Positions 10,395-22,660 of a stretch of DNA of 64,000 nt are shown here, in pieces. The DNA lies in assembly GCA_036172245.1 (NCBI GenBank), contig JAYWIR010000072.1:186001-250000 (forward strand), given 5' to 3'. The translations under genes and the position numbers were made by a program. The DNA is from Raillietiella orientalis (taxonomy: Eukaryota). The notes under the pieces were generated by a model. That model saw nothing but the letters and a program-made list of their open reading frames with translations, was not told where the DNA came from and did not search any database. Each line of letters opens with the position of its first letter. Within the stretch, counting starts at the first letter, position 1.

Positions 10395-13300
10395 TTTATT
10401 GGCCCACGCTTTTTACAGAAATGTTTGCCCTAGGAGGGTGAATGAACTGTATCTATGGAGGGTCTGGTTTTACACACACACTGTTTTCACACTAAATTTA
10501 AAGATCTTTGAGGTCAGGGAAAGCCGCACAACACCAGGACGAGTCCACCGCTGGTGATAAGGGGGCTCGAGTCGTCGATCCGGTGTCCGTCGACGGTCTG
10601 CTGGTGGTATGGTCAAAATAGATGTCCCGATCTGCCCGGATCACCGAGCACACGATCTCAGGGCGAAGCGCCTTTATTTCTGTGTTGCTCAGGCCCAGGC
10701 AGCTGAGGACTGCATCGTTGTTAGGGTGCCAGCTTCCTAGCGACCCTACAACGAGTGCATCCACCTTGACCATCCTTCCCTGCGCCTCGTAGTCTCTCTG
10801 CAGCACACGGTATTTGGCTATCTTGTTGGCTCGGGCAGTCTCCAGTGACGCTTGTCTGTTCTCGAAGGGGACAGTCACGTCGACAAGGATGATGCGTCGA
10901 CCATCAGATGCCACGATATCCGGGCGTAGGGAGCTGTTGATGGCGGGGTCGGAGCGGTCGATCGGCAGCTCAGGCCATTTGGGTCTGATTACTGGTTCAA
11001 GGGTGTTCAGGACCGCATTGTTCAGGACCGCCCGAGGATTCGTGTTCCCAGGTGTCTGGTGCATTGACACAGCACGTGGGCTAATGTTTCTTTCGGGTAG
11101 GGGCAGTTTCGGCATGCCTCTTGGAAGCAAGGGCGCTTGCGGTTCCCATTAAGAAACAACGGATTTAAGCGTGCCCGGTGTAGGAATCGCCAGTCACAGA
11201 ACCTTATCAATCGACTGTTGTCGAGAAAAGACATGGACGCAGGGTGCAGCGCCACGCAGTCGATGATTCGGCCTTGATCTGGTTTGTTTCGCAGGCGTTC
11301 AAGTCTCTCCAACCTACGGATGCCCCGTATAGATCTCGCCACGATCTTACGGTCAGCCTCACGTAGTGTCTTCCCGGAAACCTCTATCGAGGCTTGGCAG
11401 TCGGATATACGCCAGCAAAGCGCTAGGCGCTTAGATGCTTCCCGGGCACGGGACCAAAAGTCTGCGGGGTCGCCAGATGGGAGGTCTAGAAGGGGTGTCA
11501 ATTCCCCGTTGAGGTACCTGGCGATTAGTTCCGAGGTGGGACTCTGCCCCGTCTTACGACGCACTGTCTCTCGCAGAGAGGACCAGGCCAGTTCACGGAT
11601 CGATGGGTCCGGGCACGAGAGGAGCTTGAATGCTGAGTCAGTGGCCATGATGTCGGCCTCCTCAGCAAGTATCAAGACTCCTAGGCAGCCCTTGCTGACC
11701 GTGCCGTAGAGGTACTCGGTCGATGAGGCTTGGGTGAGAGGGAGGATCTCTTCCTTTAACGCCTTTCGAATGACATGGTCGAGCGATTGCCAAAAGGCTT
11801 TCCGCTTCGAACCCATGCGTGGAGCGTGCACGAATGCTGGGAACACGAATGTCTTAAGGGCATCCAGCTTTTGCCAAGGCGCCAGAGGACAGACGAGCAC
11901 TTTAGCCACACTGTCAGTTATGTGCTCTTCAAGCGCATGGCTGTGCATAGCATCAAATCCTACAGGCTTCCCTAAATAACTGTATGTGCCTGCATCTGCT
12001 AGCCGAGGGACAGTCTCCCAGGGTATTTGGAGTTCCAGGATCGTAGTGCAGGGACGAGCATTTTTTGGCGTTGATGGTCAGGCCCAGGCGAGTCGCCATG
12101 GAGCCTGCCGCGTTTAGCGCTGTTTGCAATGTCTGTGTGTCTTCGGCAAGGATGACCAAGTCATCCGCGTACGCAAGCACCTTGATCCCGGGCACATGGT
12201 TTTTAATTCACTGGCACAGGGGCACGATGGCTATGTCGAACAATAGTCCAGACAGCGGGCAACCCTGTTTCACTCCTCTGCTTATGTGTATCGGTGGTGA
12301 CAGACCGGCAGATGTTACGATTCTTGTGGTGTTGTCCGTGTACATTTCGCACACCAGTTCCACAAAACGATCGCCAGCACCCGCACATTGGAGGGAGCAC
12401 AACAGTTGGGAGTGGGGGATAGATGCGAATGCGTCCTTCAGGTCCAGCCACGCGGCGCACACGGTTCGATGTTGGCGCTTACTGTGTTCCAACAGATGTG
12501 CGAGCATGAAGTTATGCTCTAGGACGCCGTCAAATGGTAGGAACCCTTTTTGATGGGGACCAAGAATACCATTTTGTAGGATCCAGTCCCTCACTCGGCG
12601 GGCCATGCACTTAGTGAAGATTTTCCCTATCGTCCGACTAATGATGATAGGGTGAAGTTGGGAAATGTCTTCGGTGCCCTGGTTGTTCGCCTTGGGGATA
12701 AGGGTGGTTTTGGACTCTTTCCACTCGGCCGGTATACGCCGATGTTGGAGGCACAGGTTGAACATGGCACACAGAAACTTACACTCTGGGTCCATCCTGC
12801 GGAACGCAGAGTATGGAATTCCATCAGCACCGGGTGCTGTATCTTCACACTGTCTGAGGCAGTTCGCAATCTCGGCCTCCGTAAAGGGGAAAAGGTCCAC
12901 TTCCTCATGCTGGGGGCCGAGTTGTGAGGGCCATGATAGGGGACGAAAGCCAGGAGTTGCTCCAAAAAGGTCAGTGTAATGCTGGAGGATCCGTTCCGGG
13001 TCCGCAGTACAGATGGTAGGAGCGCTGTCCAAAATCTGGCGGATATCTCGTCGCCGGTTTCTGCGATATAGGCGCTGAATGTACTGAGGTGTCATCATAC
13101 TCTGTCTTGTTTCAGGCCTAGGCACTGTGAACGGGCGGAGCCTTAGATGGCTTTGTATTGTTCGGTACGTCGTTGACAGTACCCTGATTGCAAGACACCA
13201 AGGATCCACTGTAGGGGCTCTTTGTACGCGGCTGTCCAGTGTTTCTGCGGCCTCCTGTAAAAGGAGTCGCGACTGAGGTTGCCGAGGTGCTGGTTGCCTT

Positions 13301-15947
13301 CGCACTGTTTGGGGGTGGGTTGTGGTTGGAGGGGAATGGCCGGTCGCGAAGCCGGGTGAGTCCCTTTCCTCTCGCTCACTTTCATCCTCTAACAGGGCGA
13401 TGCGGGAACCTGTTGCTCTGGGCGCCGGGACAGTGTTCCGCGTCGGTGTTCGACGGGTGGGATTCTGTGCGCCATCACTGCGTGGACGGTTGTTGGCATT
13501 TGGAGCTAAACTCCGCGGTTGACTACGCCGGTTCTTGACTGTCTGCTACCCTTGATCTTGAGGCGGGTCAGGGGGAGGCGGTATATCGGGTATCAGCGTG
13601 TCAACATGCGGGGGTGCCCTGCTGTGCAATTCGTCTGCAGTTGCGGCTGAGTTCCGCGGCATGACCCGCCTGCGTTCCGTCGCGGATGCTATGCTGCTTC
13701 CGCCCCTACTGACACTCGGGTCGCTTTGCCGCGCACACTCCCGGGCAATCGCATTGTGCCAGCGTGCATGGTTCGCCAGTGCCTTTCTATTGAGGAAGGT
13801 CTGGGCACAGTTTTGCTGTTGGCAGCGGAGAGGAGCCGGGGGTGTGATCGGGGCGAGCCTCGGCCCACAGCGGTGATGCCATACAGGTATGGCTAAGCGC
13901 TGGTTACAGCGGCGACAGAGGAGGTGGGTGCCACGTACCGGTATCCGATGCGCGGTTTGTATGTGTCGTCTAAGCGACCCCAGCAACCGCTTGGGTTCCA
14001 TCCCGGAGGTGGCCCATCTGCATCGCGGTAACGGGCATTCCATGTTCCTGGTCGTTGGATGGAAAACGATGAGAACGTCCTCCATCGTCAGAATGGGAGC
14101 CGTGTATCTTTGGCTGTCCATCGGTGGAGGCTCAGAACTCACCCTGGGAGCCAGGAGAGCTATTTCTGGAACCGTATCGGCGCGTGTCGGGCTCTCGTGC
14201 GAGCGTAATCTGGCATTCGTCCCACGTGGGCATTGCTGATTATTACGTGGTCGCACGTGTGTTCTCGGACGAGTTGAACATTCTGACCGCACTCTGTTCA
14301 TGCCTGATGGGCCTGGTGGCTCATTAGCTGGATTATTGCTGCTCTTTGCGTGGTTTGGCGCATTCTGCCGTAAGCGTTGAAACCGAGGGATGATCGGTCT
14401 TGCGGTCTTCGCTTCGATTCGACCGCCCGTATGTACGCAGGGTGTACGGGAGGCGGCGCAGGAGGGAGGCGCGGGAACAAGACACAGGTTGTCGCCCTCG
14501 GTGACAGGTCTTGTATAAGTTCAAGACCAGTTTGTGAGGGGGGGCAACAGTCAACGTGGAGTGTCCGGACTGTAGCGATTCCTGTTGCGGGACCATGCTC
14601 TCAGAGGAGGTAACACATTGAGGAAGGCGTGCGAAGTAATTGATTTCGGCGCTTGACAGCCTCGTTACCATGACTCTGTGCTGGTATGCCCGGTCGAGGT
14701 CCATCCTGCCTTGTGGATGCACCGATGACGGTGGCTCCAATAGAGGAGGGGGCAACTGGATTGAGTGCTCTGCCACAGTGAGCTCTGTTGGCACTACAGT
14801 GTCCAGGAGTGATGTTGGAGAGTCGGGCGTGCCGATGACTTTGGGGGTTGACCTGGAGGCTCGGCCGGGGGTGTGTAGCCTCCTCTGCTTGGGAGTACTG
14901 CTGCTGCTCGGTCCGGGAAGGTTAAACCAGTTCATCTTTAGCCGGGATAGGTCTCTTGAACTCCACGACGAATCGGTTGAATCATCCTCGTCCCAAGAGT
15001 CTGGGAGCCCAGTTGTAGTGCCGCAGTCCTCTCGTGCCTCGTTCGCAGCACCCTGTACTCTGTCCATGTTCAAGTGTTTCCACTTGTAATGGGCTCTCCT
15101 GAGGCCGGGCCTGCCGAAGGATGCATTGCATAACGGGCACTTATATTTCAGTGTTAAAAGCATTTCTGATAGTGGCACAGGGGGATTGAGGCATCGGTGC
15201 TGCGCTAGCGGTTGCTGCGTGCTCTCATTCTTGTGACATACTACACAGAAAAATCTGACGGCCGAAACATGAGTGCCGTGTATTCGATTGAGGTGGGCCT
15301 TGAGGTTTCTAACTCGGTTCTTAACATCATTTGCCATGGTGGCAAACCAGCAGTCTAAAAGTGGGCATGGCACCGGGAGGTCTGTGCCATGGGAAATCCA
15401 AAGTTCACGCCCGGTAGAGAGGGTGCAGTGAGACGATGGCATACTTAAAAGATGGCGCTTGACGCTTCGCGTGATCACGTGGGAGGAAGTCTCAGAGCCA
15501 ATAGGAGAGCGAGTTCTCCGAGCGGACCAATGGGAGCGCTCGGAAGGGACGCTAAGTTTTCCCGCGCTAAGCGAGGCAACAAAGGATGTTGAAGATCGAT
15601 GTGGTCGATCTCTTGGATCAACCACCGTGGTTCAATTCCGCACAAAATCAGTCAAAGAGGACGTGATGAGGGCCCGGGTGATCGGTTCGAACTGTGCAAC
15701 CCTCTTACCTTCCCGGCAAGTGTGCTCTCTGGTCTAGGCCATGGCAGCACGCAGGCGGGAGATGAGAATGTCCACAGCAGCCACAAAAATTACCACACAG
15801 GCACAAAAGTTGGTTAAAAGGTTCACTGTGGGCAGGAGATGCACAGAACGAAAATTTATGAAGGGTGATCGCTGAAAGTTTTTCACAATCAAGAGTCAAA
15901 CTTCATGCCGCGTCGGAGCTCCGCTCAGACACGTCCGTCGTGTAAGG
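10395..15947 (-). mobile_element. RLE element copy B (duplicate of A, offset 9544 bp), antisense in 28S
   Basis: Same junctions and domains as A; ORF1 and ORF2 both disrupted. Confidence 0.92.
10498..15625 (-). pseudogene. ORF1+ORF2 of copy B, frameshifted and with a premature stop
   Basis: ORF fragments 14333-15625, 14298-14480, 13546-14301, 12208-13305, 11953-12195, 11022-11948 and 10498-11130. Confidence 0.88.
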
Positions 15948-15991
15948 AGTGACGCGCATGAATGGATTAAGGAGATTCCCACTGTCCCTAC

Positions 15992-16034
<43 letters not shown>

Positions 16035-16038
16035 AATC

Positions 16039-16073
<35 letters not shown>

Positions 16074-16824
16074 ATCTGGCATTGTGAAGAGACATGAGAG
16101 GTGTAGCAGAAGTGGGAGGCGTTCCCGCTGGCAATCTCGGTTCGCGGCCGCGTGTCCGCTCCCTCTCTTTGCCCGCGGCGCGCCGCCTCGTGGCGGGTAC
16201 CTAGCTGCTGCCGCTGGTCCGTCGAGCGTGGTCGGGTTCGCTTCGACGGCTCGGTCGTGAGCGCTTGGGGCGCGCAGGCGCGGCGTGGATTCTTTCCCCC
16301 CGGAGCGTCCGTCGTCCCGCGGCGGCTTGGGGGCGCCGCGTCGCCCGTTTCGGTCGGGATCGTCCAACAGTGTAATACCACTACTTTTATCGTTTCTTTA
16401 CTGACTCGGTGATGCGGAGAGCGAGCCGTGCTTCTCGTCGTCGCAATGACGACGGACCGGTTCTCGTTTCTCGAACCAAGCGCAGGTGCTGAGCACCCGA
16501 CCCGTTCGATCGTCGGGATTGCCCCACGCGCGCGTCCGCGATCCTCTCTCGTTCCGCGAGGAGGTGCGACCGCCTCGGGGTCCGGGGAGGCGCGATCCGC
16601 TTTGAGGACAGTGTCAGGTGGGGAGTTTGACTGGGGCGGTACATCCGTCAAAAGCTAACGCGGTTGTCCTAAGGCCGGCTTAGCGAGGACACAAACCTCG
16701 CGTAGAGCAGAAGGGCAAAAGCCGGCTTGATCCAGATTTTCAGTACGAATACGGACCGCGAAAGCGAGGCCTAACGATCTTTTTGACTTTGCGCGCAGAT
16801 CATGAGTTTTGAGCAAGATGTGTT

Positions 16825-16858
<34 letters not shown>

Positions 16859-16962
16859 GGGCAAGCGTTCATAGTGACGTCGCTTTTTGATGCTTCGATG
16901 TCGGCTCTTCCTATCATTGCGAAGCAGAATTCGCCAAGCGTTGGATTGTTCACCCACCAACA

Positions 16963-17000
<38 letters not shown>

Positions 17001-17501
17001 TAGTTTTATCCTACTGATGAATGGTCGTTGCTATAGAAATCCTGCTCAGTACGAGAGGAACCGCAGGTTCGGACATTTGGTACACGTTCTTGGTCAAACG
17101 GTTAGCGGAGCGAAGCTACCATCCGCCGGATTATGCCTGAACGCCTCTAAGGCAGAATCCGTCCTAGTCGAGAGCAACGATACCGTCGCACCTCCGGCGT
17201 CGGGCGGACAGGTTAGGCGTGCCGAGACATATCTTTCGTTCTCCATGGACGGGTCCCACAGCCGCCATCAAGCCCCGACAAGCGAAAACCTCGTGCCCTC
17301 CATCGGGCAGCGCGCGGAGTGACTTAGCCCGCGGACGCGCGCGTTTTCGTAATCCGGATCGTATCGAGCATCCCGTATGGCGAACGTGGAGGTGTCAAAT
17401 CGTCTGTAGACGACTTACGTACCGATCGGGGTGTTGTACTTAGTAGAGCAGCCACCACACTGCGATCTATTGAGGCTAAGCTTTGCTGGTCGACGATTTG
17501 T
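15948..17501 (+). rRNA. 28S rRNA 3' part (domains IV-VI, PTC, sarcin-ricin loop); probably a pseudogene
   Basis: GGGGAGTTTGACTGGGGCGGTACA, AGAAAAGTTACCACAGGGATAACTGG, GAGCTGGGTTTAGACCGTCG, AGTACGAGAGGAAC; 3' end approximate. Confidence 0.93.
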
Positions 17502-18168
17502 CCGCTCAGTCGGCACAAGCACCGCACGGGAGAACGCGGAGAAACCCGGCCCGGGTGGGACGGAGCTCTCCCTCTCTCTTCCGAACGGCGGAAGCCGCCG
17601 TCTCCCCGAGTGCGAGCAGGCACGTCGACGGACAGGATGCCGGTGCCTCTCGCTCCCGAGGTACGAGGAGGGATCAGGTGTCCCTTCCGTCCCTTCGGTT
17701 AGAGCTCCCGGTTGACCACGGGATCCTCCGTGCACACATGTGTCTCGCTCCCGAGGGAAGGAGTGCTCCCTCCGGCGCAGCGGCAGGCGACAGCCAGCGT
17801 CTCCGACTTGGGAGGGCCCGCGCGCAGGCACGCTGCTGGCGTGCGCGGGAGGAGGATGCGAAAAAGGGACGGATCAGCGCAACGCTCCTGCGCCGTTACG
17901 CTGATCCGCAAAAACGTGCGTTCTCGGCGCGCGCTCCCTCTACGAGCGCGCCCTGCTGGCGCGCTCGACCCTTTCTTCTCCTTTCCTCCTGCTTCGCTCG
18001 ACTCTCCCGCCAGGGACCTCCTCCTCCTTCCCGCCCGGCCGCCCGCCCTCCCGCCTCGGCGGGACGCGCGGTGAGTGATCGAGGCGGGGGCGGAGCAGGA
18101 AGGCCCCGCAATACGGGAGCTCGGTCGGGTGGAGCAGGCGCAGCGGATCCCCTCGGAGGGCCGTCGCC
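17502..18168 (+). other. rDNA 3' ETS / intergenic spacer, type 1
   Basis: GC-rich sequence directly after the 28S end; homologous to the inverted 20550-21175. Confidence 0.75.
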
Positions 18169-20235
18169 TCATTTCCATTCTGAAAAACATGTACGGTGAA
18201 GCCTACACTAAAATGTGCACAGCAATGGGGCTTTCTGGTTCAAATCCCATTTTAGCAGGTGTTAAGCAAGGTTGTCCCCTTAGTGGGTTACTCTTTAATA
18301 TTACTCTTGAACCCCTTATCCAAACTGTCCTGAGATCCTATCCCGAAATTCTCCCTCTAGCATATGCTGATGACGTAGCTTCTACTTCAGAGAGAATCGA
18401 CATTCTGCAACACGCAGTCTCGTTATTTGTTGAACACTCCCAACATTTGGGTCTTTCCCTCAGCGTAAAAAAGTGTGGTTTATTCCACTATGTTGCCTCC
18501 CTTCCTCAAGTCCTTTTCTCCCCTATTTTCGTTTTAAACGAAGCTGTTTCCTCCCACCAATCCCATCAAACCTATAAATATTTAGGTAAATCTGTCGGAT
18601 TTGACCCCCTCTTTTATAATGGTGATCTAACAGTTTTTTTCGGACAAATTTAATGCATTAGCCGATTCACACCTTGACCCTTGGCAGAAATTAGATGGCA
18701 TTAAAAAGTTTTTCCTTCCCTCTCTGGTACATGATCTTTTATTGGGCACCAAGCCGCTCATGAAGTGGTCTAAACTGGAGAAGAGTATCCGAAATTTCTT
18801 AAAACAAAACATCCTCCTCTCAACCCAAGGTTCATCCATAGAATAATTACATGGACGTGTTAAGGATGGTTGTCTCGGAGTCATGGGTCTTTCGGGAGAA
18901 TCCCGAATCATGCAAATTGATTCCGCTTTCAAATTACTTTGTTGTCCCGGTGAGTCAATATCTTTTCTTGCGTTCGAAACATTGTCTGATGCTATGCGCA
19001 GAAAATGTTACTGTTCTCCTGATCTTCAAATGATAACTGATTTTCTTAACGGTTCCAATAACCTTCCTTTTGTTAAACCAAGTGGTGATCCTAAAACGTT
19101 CTGGTCTCGTTGCCGATCACTAGCAAAATCTTTACCTGTTTCTTGGGACTTGGTTGATAATCAAATTGTCCTACGTCTTACTAGTGGAGATTCCAACAAC
19201 TCCAAATTTCTATTTTCCTCTGCTCGAAGGCAAATGGCAAAGTCCATTCGGTCTGTTCTCAGAGGCCAGAAAATCTCCTCCCTGCTCTCCAAACCCGATC
19301 AGGGAAGATCAATTGAATGCATTATGCGAAACACCGCATCCATGAGTTTTCTTGACGACTCCACCTTCCTTCGCTGTGCCGACTGGCGTTTCATACATCG
19401 TGCCAGACTAAATCAATTGGTACTAAATGGTAATAGAAAAAGACCGGGTTTCAATGAGCAATGTCGCAAATGTTCATATCCCAAGGAAACGCTTGCTCAT
19501 GTTCTTTGTCATTGCCCTACTCACCTCGGAACTTTAATCTATTCCCGACACAATGCAATTCTGCATATATTGAAAGAATCCCTCCTTCCCCTTTGGCCTG
19601 TCTCTTCCAGTGACCGCTGCATCCCAGATTCCCACTCCACCCTACGTCTCGACCTTTTCCTACGTGATTCCTTCCATGCCCTTGTCCTAGACCAAGTGGT
19701 TCCATATGAGAACAGGATACCCTCCCTCAAGTCCGCCCGGGAACGCAGGCAACAAAAATACCTTCCAGTAAAATGTTTCCTTGAATCCCAAGGATTACAA
19801 GTTTTAAACGATGCTATTGTCGTTGGTACGATTGGTGCTTGGGACCCACTTAATGACTCGGTTCTCCTAATGACTGGTCTTACACAGCATGCTGTAAAAC
19901 AAATTGCCTCAGCCTGCACAGTGTTAGATATTCAATGGTCTCGTACCATATATTTAGCGCATATATATCCTGGAATCGCTGACCCTCCGAAAAAAGATGC
20001 AGCATCCCTTCACCTTCCCCATGTGCCTGTCCCTCTTGAAACCGTTCCAAGGAAAATCCCTTCCCCTACCCTAGTGAGCATCGACGATCCCGTCACCCTG
20101 AACGATGCTACTGACGGTCTATTTGACTCTCTCCTGGGAAAGAGTGTTGCCATCCTTGCTGCATTGTAATCCCACTCTTAGACCTAAACCCTTTATTATT
20201 ACAGTGATCAACATGCTTCTTGCATCAAACAATTT
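18169..20235 (+). mobile_element. 5'-truncated, AT-rich RLE retrotransposon fragment (copy F, distinct family), degenerate
   Basis: GVKQGCPLS, AYADD, PWQKLD, CRKCSYPKETLAHVLCHC, VPYENR; frameshifts and stops; 3' end approximate. Confidence 0.88.
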
Positions 20236-20240
20236 CGCAC

Positions 20241-20408
20241 AGATCAGCGCGAAGGACAGTCCTTGTTCGCGAAGCTGATCCGTCCCGTCAGCCTCGGATC
20301 AGCGCGGCGGTTTCCCACTGCGGCGCTGATCGCTTCCCTCCTCGCGGGATCAGCGCGACCCGAGGCGTACGCAGCGCTGATCCCTCGCTGCAGCTAGGAG
20401 ATCAGCGC
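20241..20408. repeat. Alternating GATCAGCGC/GCGCTGATC motifs forming three tandem hairpins
   Basis: Stems near 20242/20274, 20297/20323 and 20346/20374 (11 bp), plus one more motif at 20400. Confidence 0.7.
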
Positions 20409-21175
20409 CGCGCGGGGGATTCCACCGTGCAGATAGCGTTTCCCGCGTCCCGGACTCAGTGCCGGTGACGTCTATAGGGTTCCCGAAGTCTCCCCCGGGA
20501 TAGAAACGCCTCCCTCGCGACCCGCAACCTTGGTGCGAAACCCAAAGGGGGGTGGCGACGGCCCTCCCACGTCCTCCGCTGCGCCTACCCTACCCGACCG
20601 AGCTCCCGTATTCCGGGGCCTCTTCCTTCGCCGCCGCCGCCGCCTCGACCTAACGCCGCGCGCGCTGCCGAAGCGGGCGGGCGGGAAGGAGGAGGAGGTC
20701 CCCGGCGGGAGCCTCGAGACAACGGGGAAGAAGAGAAAGGGTCGCCCTGCTGGCGCGATCGTTAAGGGCGTAGGCGGCGAAAACGCGCGTTTTTGCGGAT
20801 TACCGTAACGGCGGAGGAGCTTCGCGCCGATCCGTCCCTCTTTCGCATCCTCCTCTCGCGCACGCGAGCAGCGTGTCTGCGCGCGGATCCTCCCGAGTCG
20901 GAGACGCGAGCTTTCGCCTGCAGCTTCGCCGCGGGGAGCACTTCCTCCCTGGGGAGTGCATGTCTCCACGGAGGATCCCGTGGTCGCCGGGAACACTTGC
21001 CGAAGGGATGCAAAAGACACGATGCCTCTTGGTACCTCGGGAGCGACAACCGGCATCCACTCCGACGACATGCGCTCCTTGGGACAACGCCGGCCTCGGA
21101 GAGGAAGAGAGAGCCTCGTCCCTCCCGAGGCGGGTCGCCGCGTTCTACCGTGCGGTCCTTGTGCCGACTGAGCGG
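20409..21175 (-). other. rDNA 3' ETS / spacer, type 2 (inverted, diverged)
   Basis: Reverse complement aligns with many substitutions and indels to 17502-18168. Confidence 0.7.
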
Positions 21176-21693
21176 ACAAATCCATGACCAGCAGGGCTTA
21201 GCCTCAATAGATCGCAGTGTGGTGGCTGCTCTACTAAGGACAACACCCCGGTCGGTACGTAATTCGTCTACAGACAATTTGACACCTCCGCGTTCGCCAT
21301 ACGGGATGCTCGATACGATCCGGATTACGAAAACGCGCACGTCCGCGGGCTGAGTCGCTCCGCGCGGACGCCTTGCGCGCTTCCCGATGGAGGGCACGAG
21401 GTTTTCGCTTGCCGGGGCTTGATGGCGGCTGTGGGACCCGTCCATGGAGAACGAAAGATATGTCTCGGCACGCCTAACCTGTCCGCCCGACGCCGGAGGT
21501 GCGACGGTATCGTTGCTCTCGACTAGGACGGATTTTGCCTTAGAGGCGTTCAGGCATAATCTGGCGGATGGTAGCTTCGCTCTGCTGGCCGTTTGACCAA
21601 GAACGTGTACCAAATGACCGAACCTGCGGTTCCTCTCGTGCTGAGCACGATTTCTATCGCAACGACCATTCATCAGTAGGATAAAACTAACCT
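21176..21693 (-). rRNA. Inverted 28S 3'-end fragment, pseudogene
   Basis: Reverse complement of ~16997-17501; sarcin-ricin loop reads AGCACGAGAGGAAC. Confidence 0.9.
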
Positions 21694-22060
21694 ATGGGAC
21701 GTGAGGACGAGTTGGCTGGTGGTGATAAGGAAGTCCGGTCCGTGGATCCGGTGTCCGTCGACGGTCGGCTCGTGGTATGGTCAAAGTAGATGTCCGCAGC
21801 CGCTCTGATGACTGAGCACACGATCTCAGGGCAAAGCGCCTTCCTTTCGGCGCTGCTCAGGCCCAGGCAGCTAAGGATCGCATCGTTGTTCGAGTGCCAG
21901 CTACCCAGCGACCCTACAACGATGGCGTCTACCTTGAGCAATTATCCCTGTGCTTTATATTCCCTCCGCACGGTTCGGCACTTGTCGATCTTGGCCGTGG
22001 TTTCATCCAGTGAAGCTTGTGAGTTGTCAAAGGGGACAGTCACATCGACGATGAGCATGT
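21694..22060 (-). mobile_element. RLE endonuclease-domain fragment (copy D)
   Basis: VDVTVPFDN..KVDAIVVGSLGSWH..DIYFDHTTSRPSTDTGS, homologous to the C-terminus of A. Confidence 0.85.
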
Positions 22061-22660
22061 TCCGATTTCTTCTTGGGGGCTGGTGGGGTTATTTTCGCAG
22101 GGTCTTGCTGTGGACATAGTGTTACGTGCTGAGACGGTGCCAATCTTGTGATTCTTACTATCGGAATTTTCTTCAAAACTTCGGCATATGAGGCTTCTCT
22201 TTCTTACAGGAGAACGGTATCTTGAAGTATATTGATTACGGAGGTAGTAGATGTCATGTAGGATGCATCAATTGGAGTTTGCGGGATTAATTGTAGATGT
22301 TCATGTTGTAAAGGTTGGAAGGCATCCTCATTGCACCTAAATGATTTGATTGCTTGTATCGTATCTTCTGGGATATGCTGTTTCGAGCGTGGTTCCGTAA
22401 GTTCAGATGGTTGACATGTCTGAAGGGGGGATTCCGGTGGAGAGTTGTTTAAGGGGGGAACATTCGGTACACTCTCAAAGCGGATGAACAGAGATTCAGC
22501 GGACTCTTCGTCCAAGTTAACAAGCAAGTTGGATTTCTTGCTGGATCCCGAGTGTGCCATTTTGTGAGTTTTGATTAAATGTTTTTTATCAAAGCTCACG
22601 GAGCACTGAGTGCATTTCTGTTTCAGGTCAGCGATGGGGTCAGGTAGCGTGGAGTTCAGC
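22061..22660 (-). mobile_element. AT-rich fragment of a related Zn-finger ORF1-like region
   Basis: PDPIADLKQKCTQCSVSFDKKHLIKTHK resembles the ORF1 finger PVPLPEMLLTLKYKCPLCNASF. Confidence 0.45.

Noticed and set aside
16037..18199. ORFs within 28S and spacer (also 9354-10314 and 20472-21673)
   Set aside because: Spurious GC-rich frames over rRNA sequence with no protein motifs.
18075..18653. Spacer-RT fusion protein
   Set aside because: The frame is open across the 18168 junction by chance; the RT is truncated and disrupted.
21680..21710. Second, sense-oriented 28S target site for the RLE family
   Set aside because: Copy D lacks its 3' UTR and AATAAA at this junction, so it looks like a deletion or rearrangement breakpoint rather than a TPRT end.
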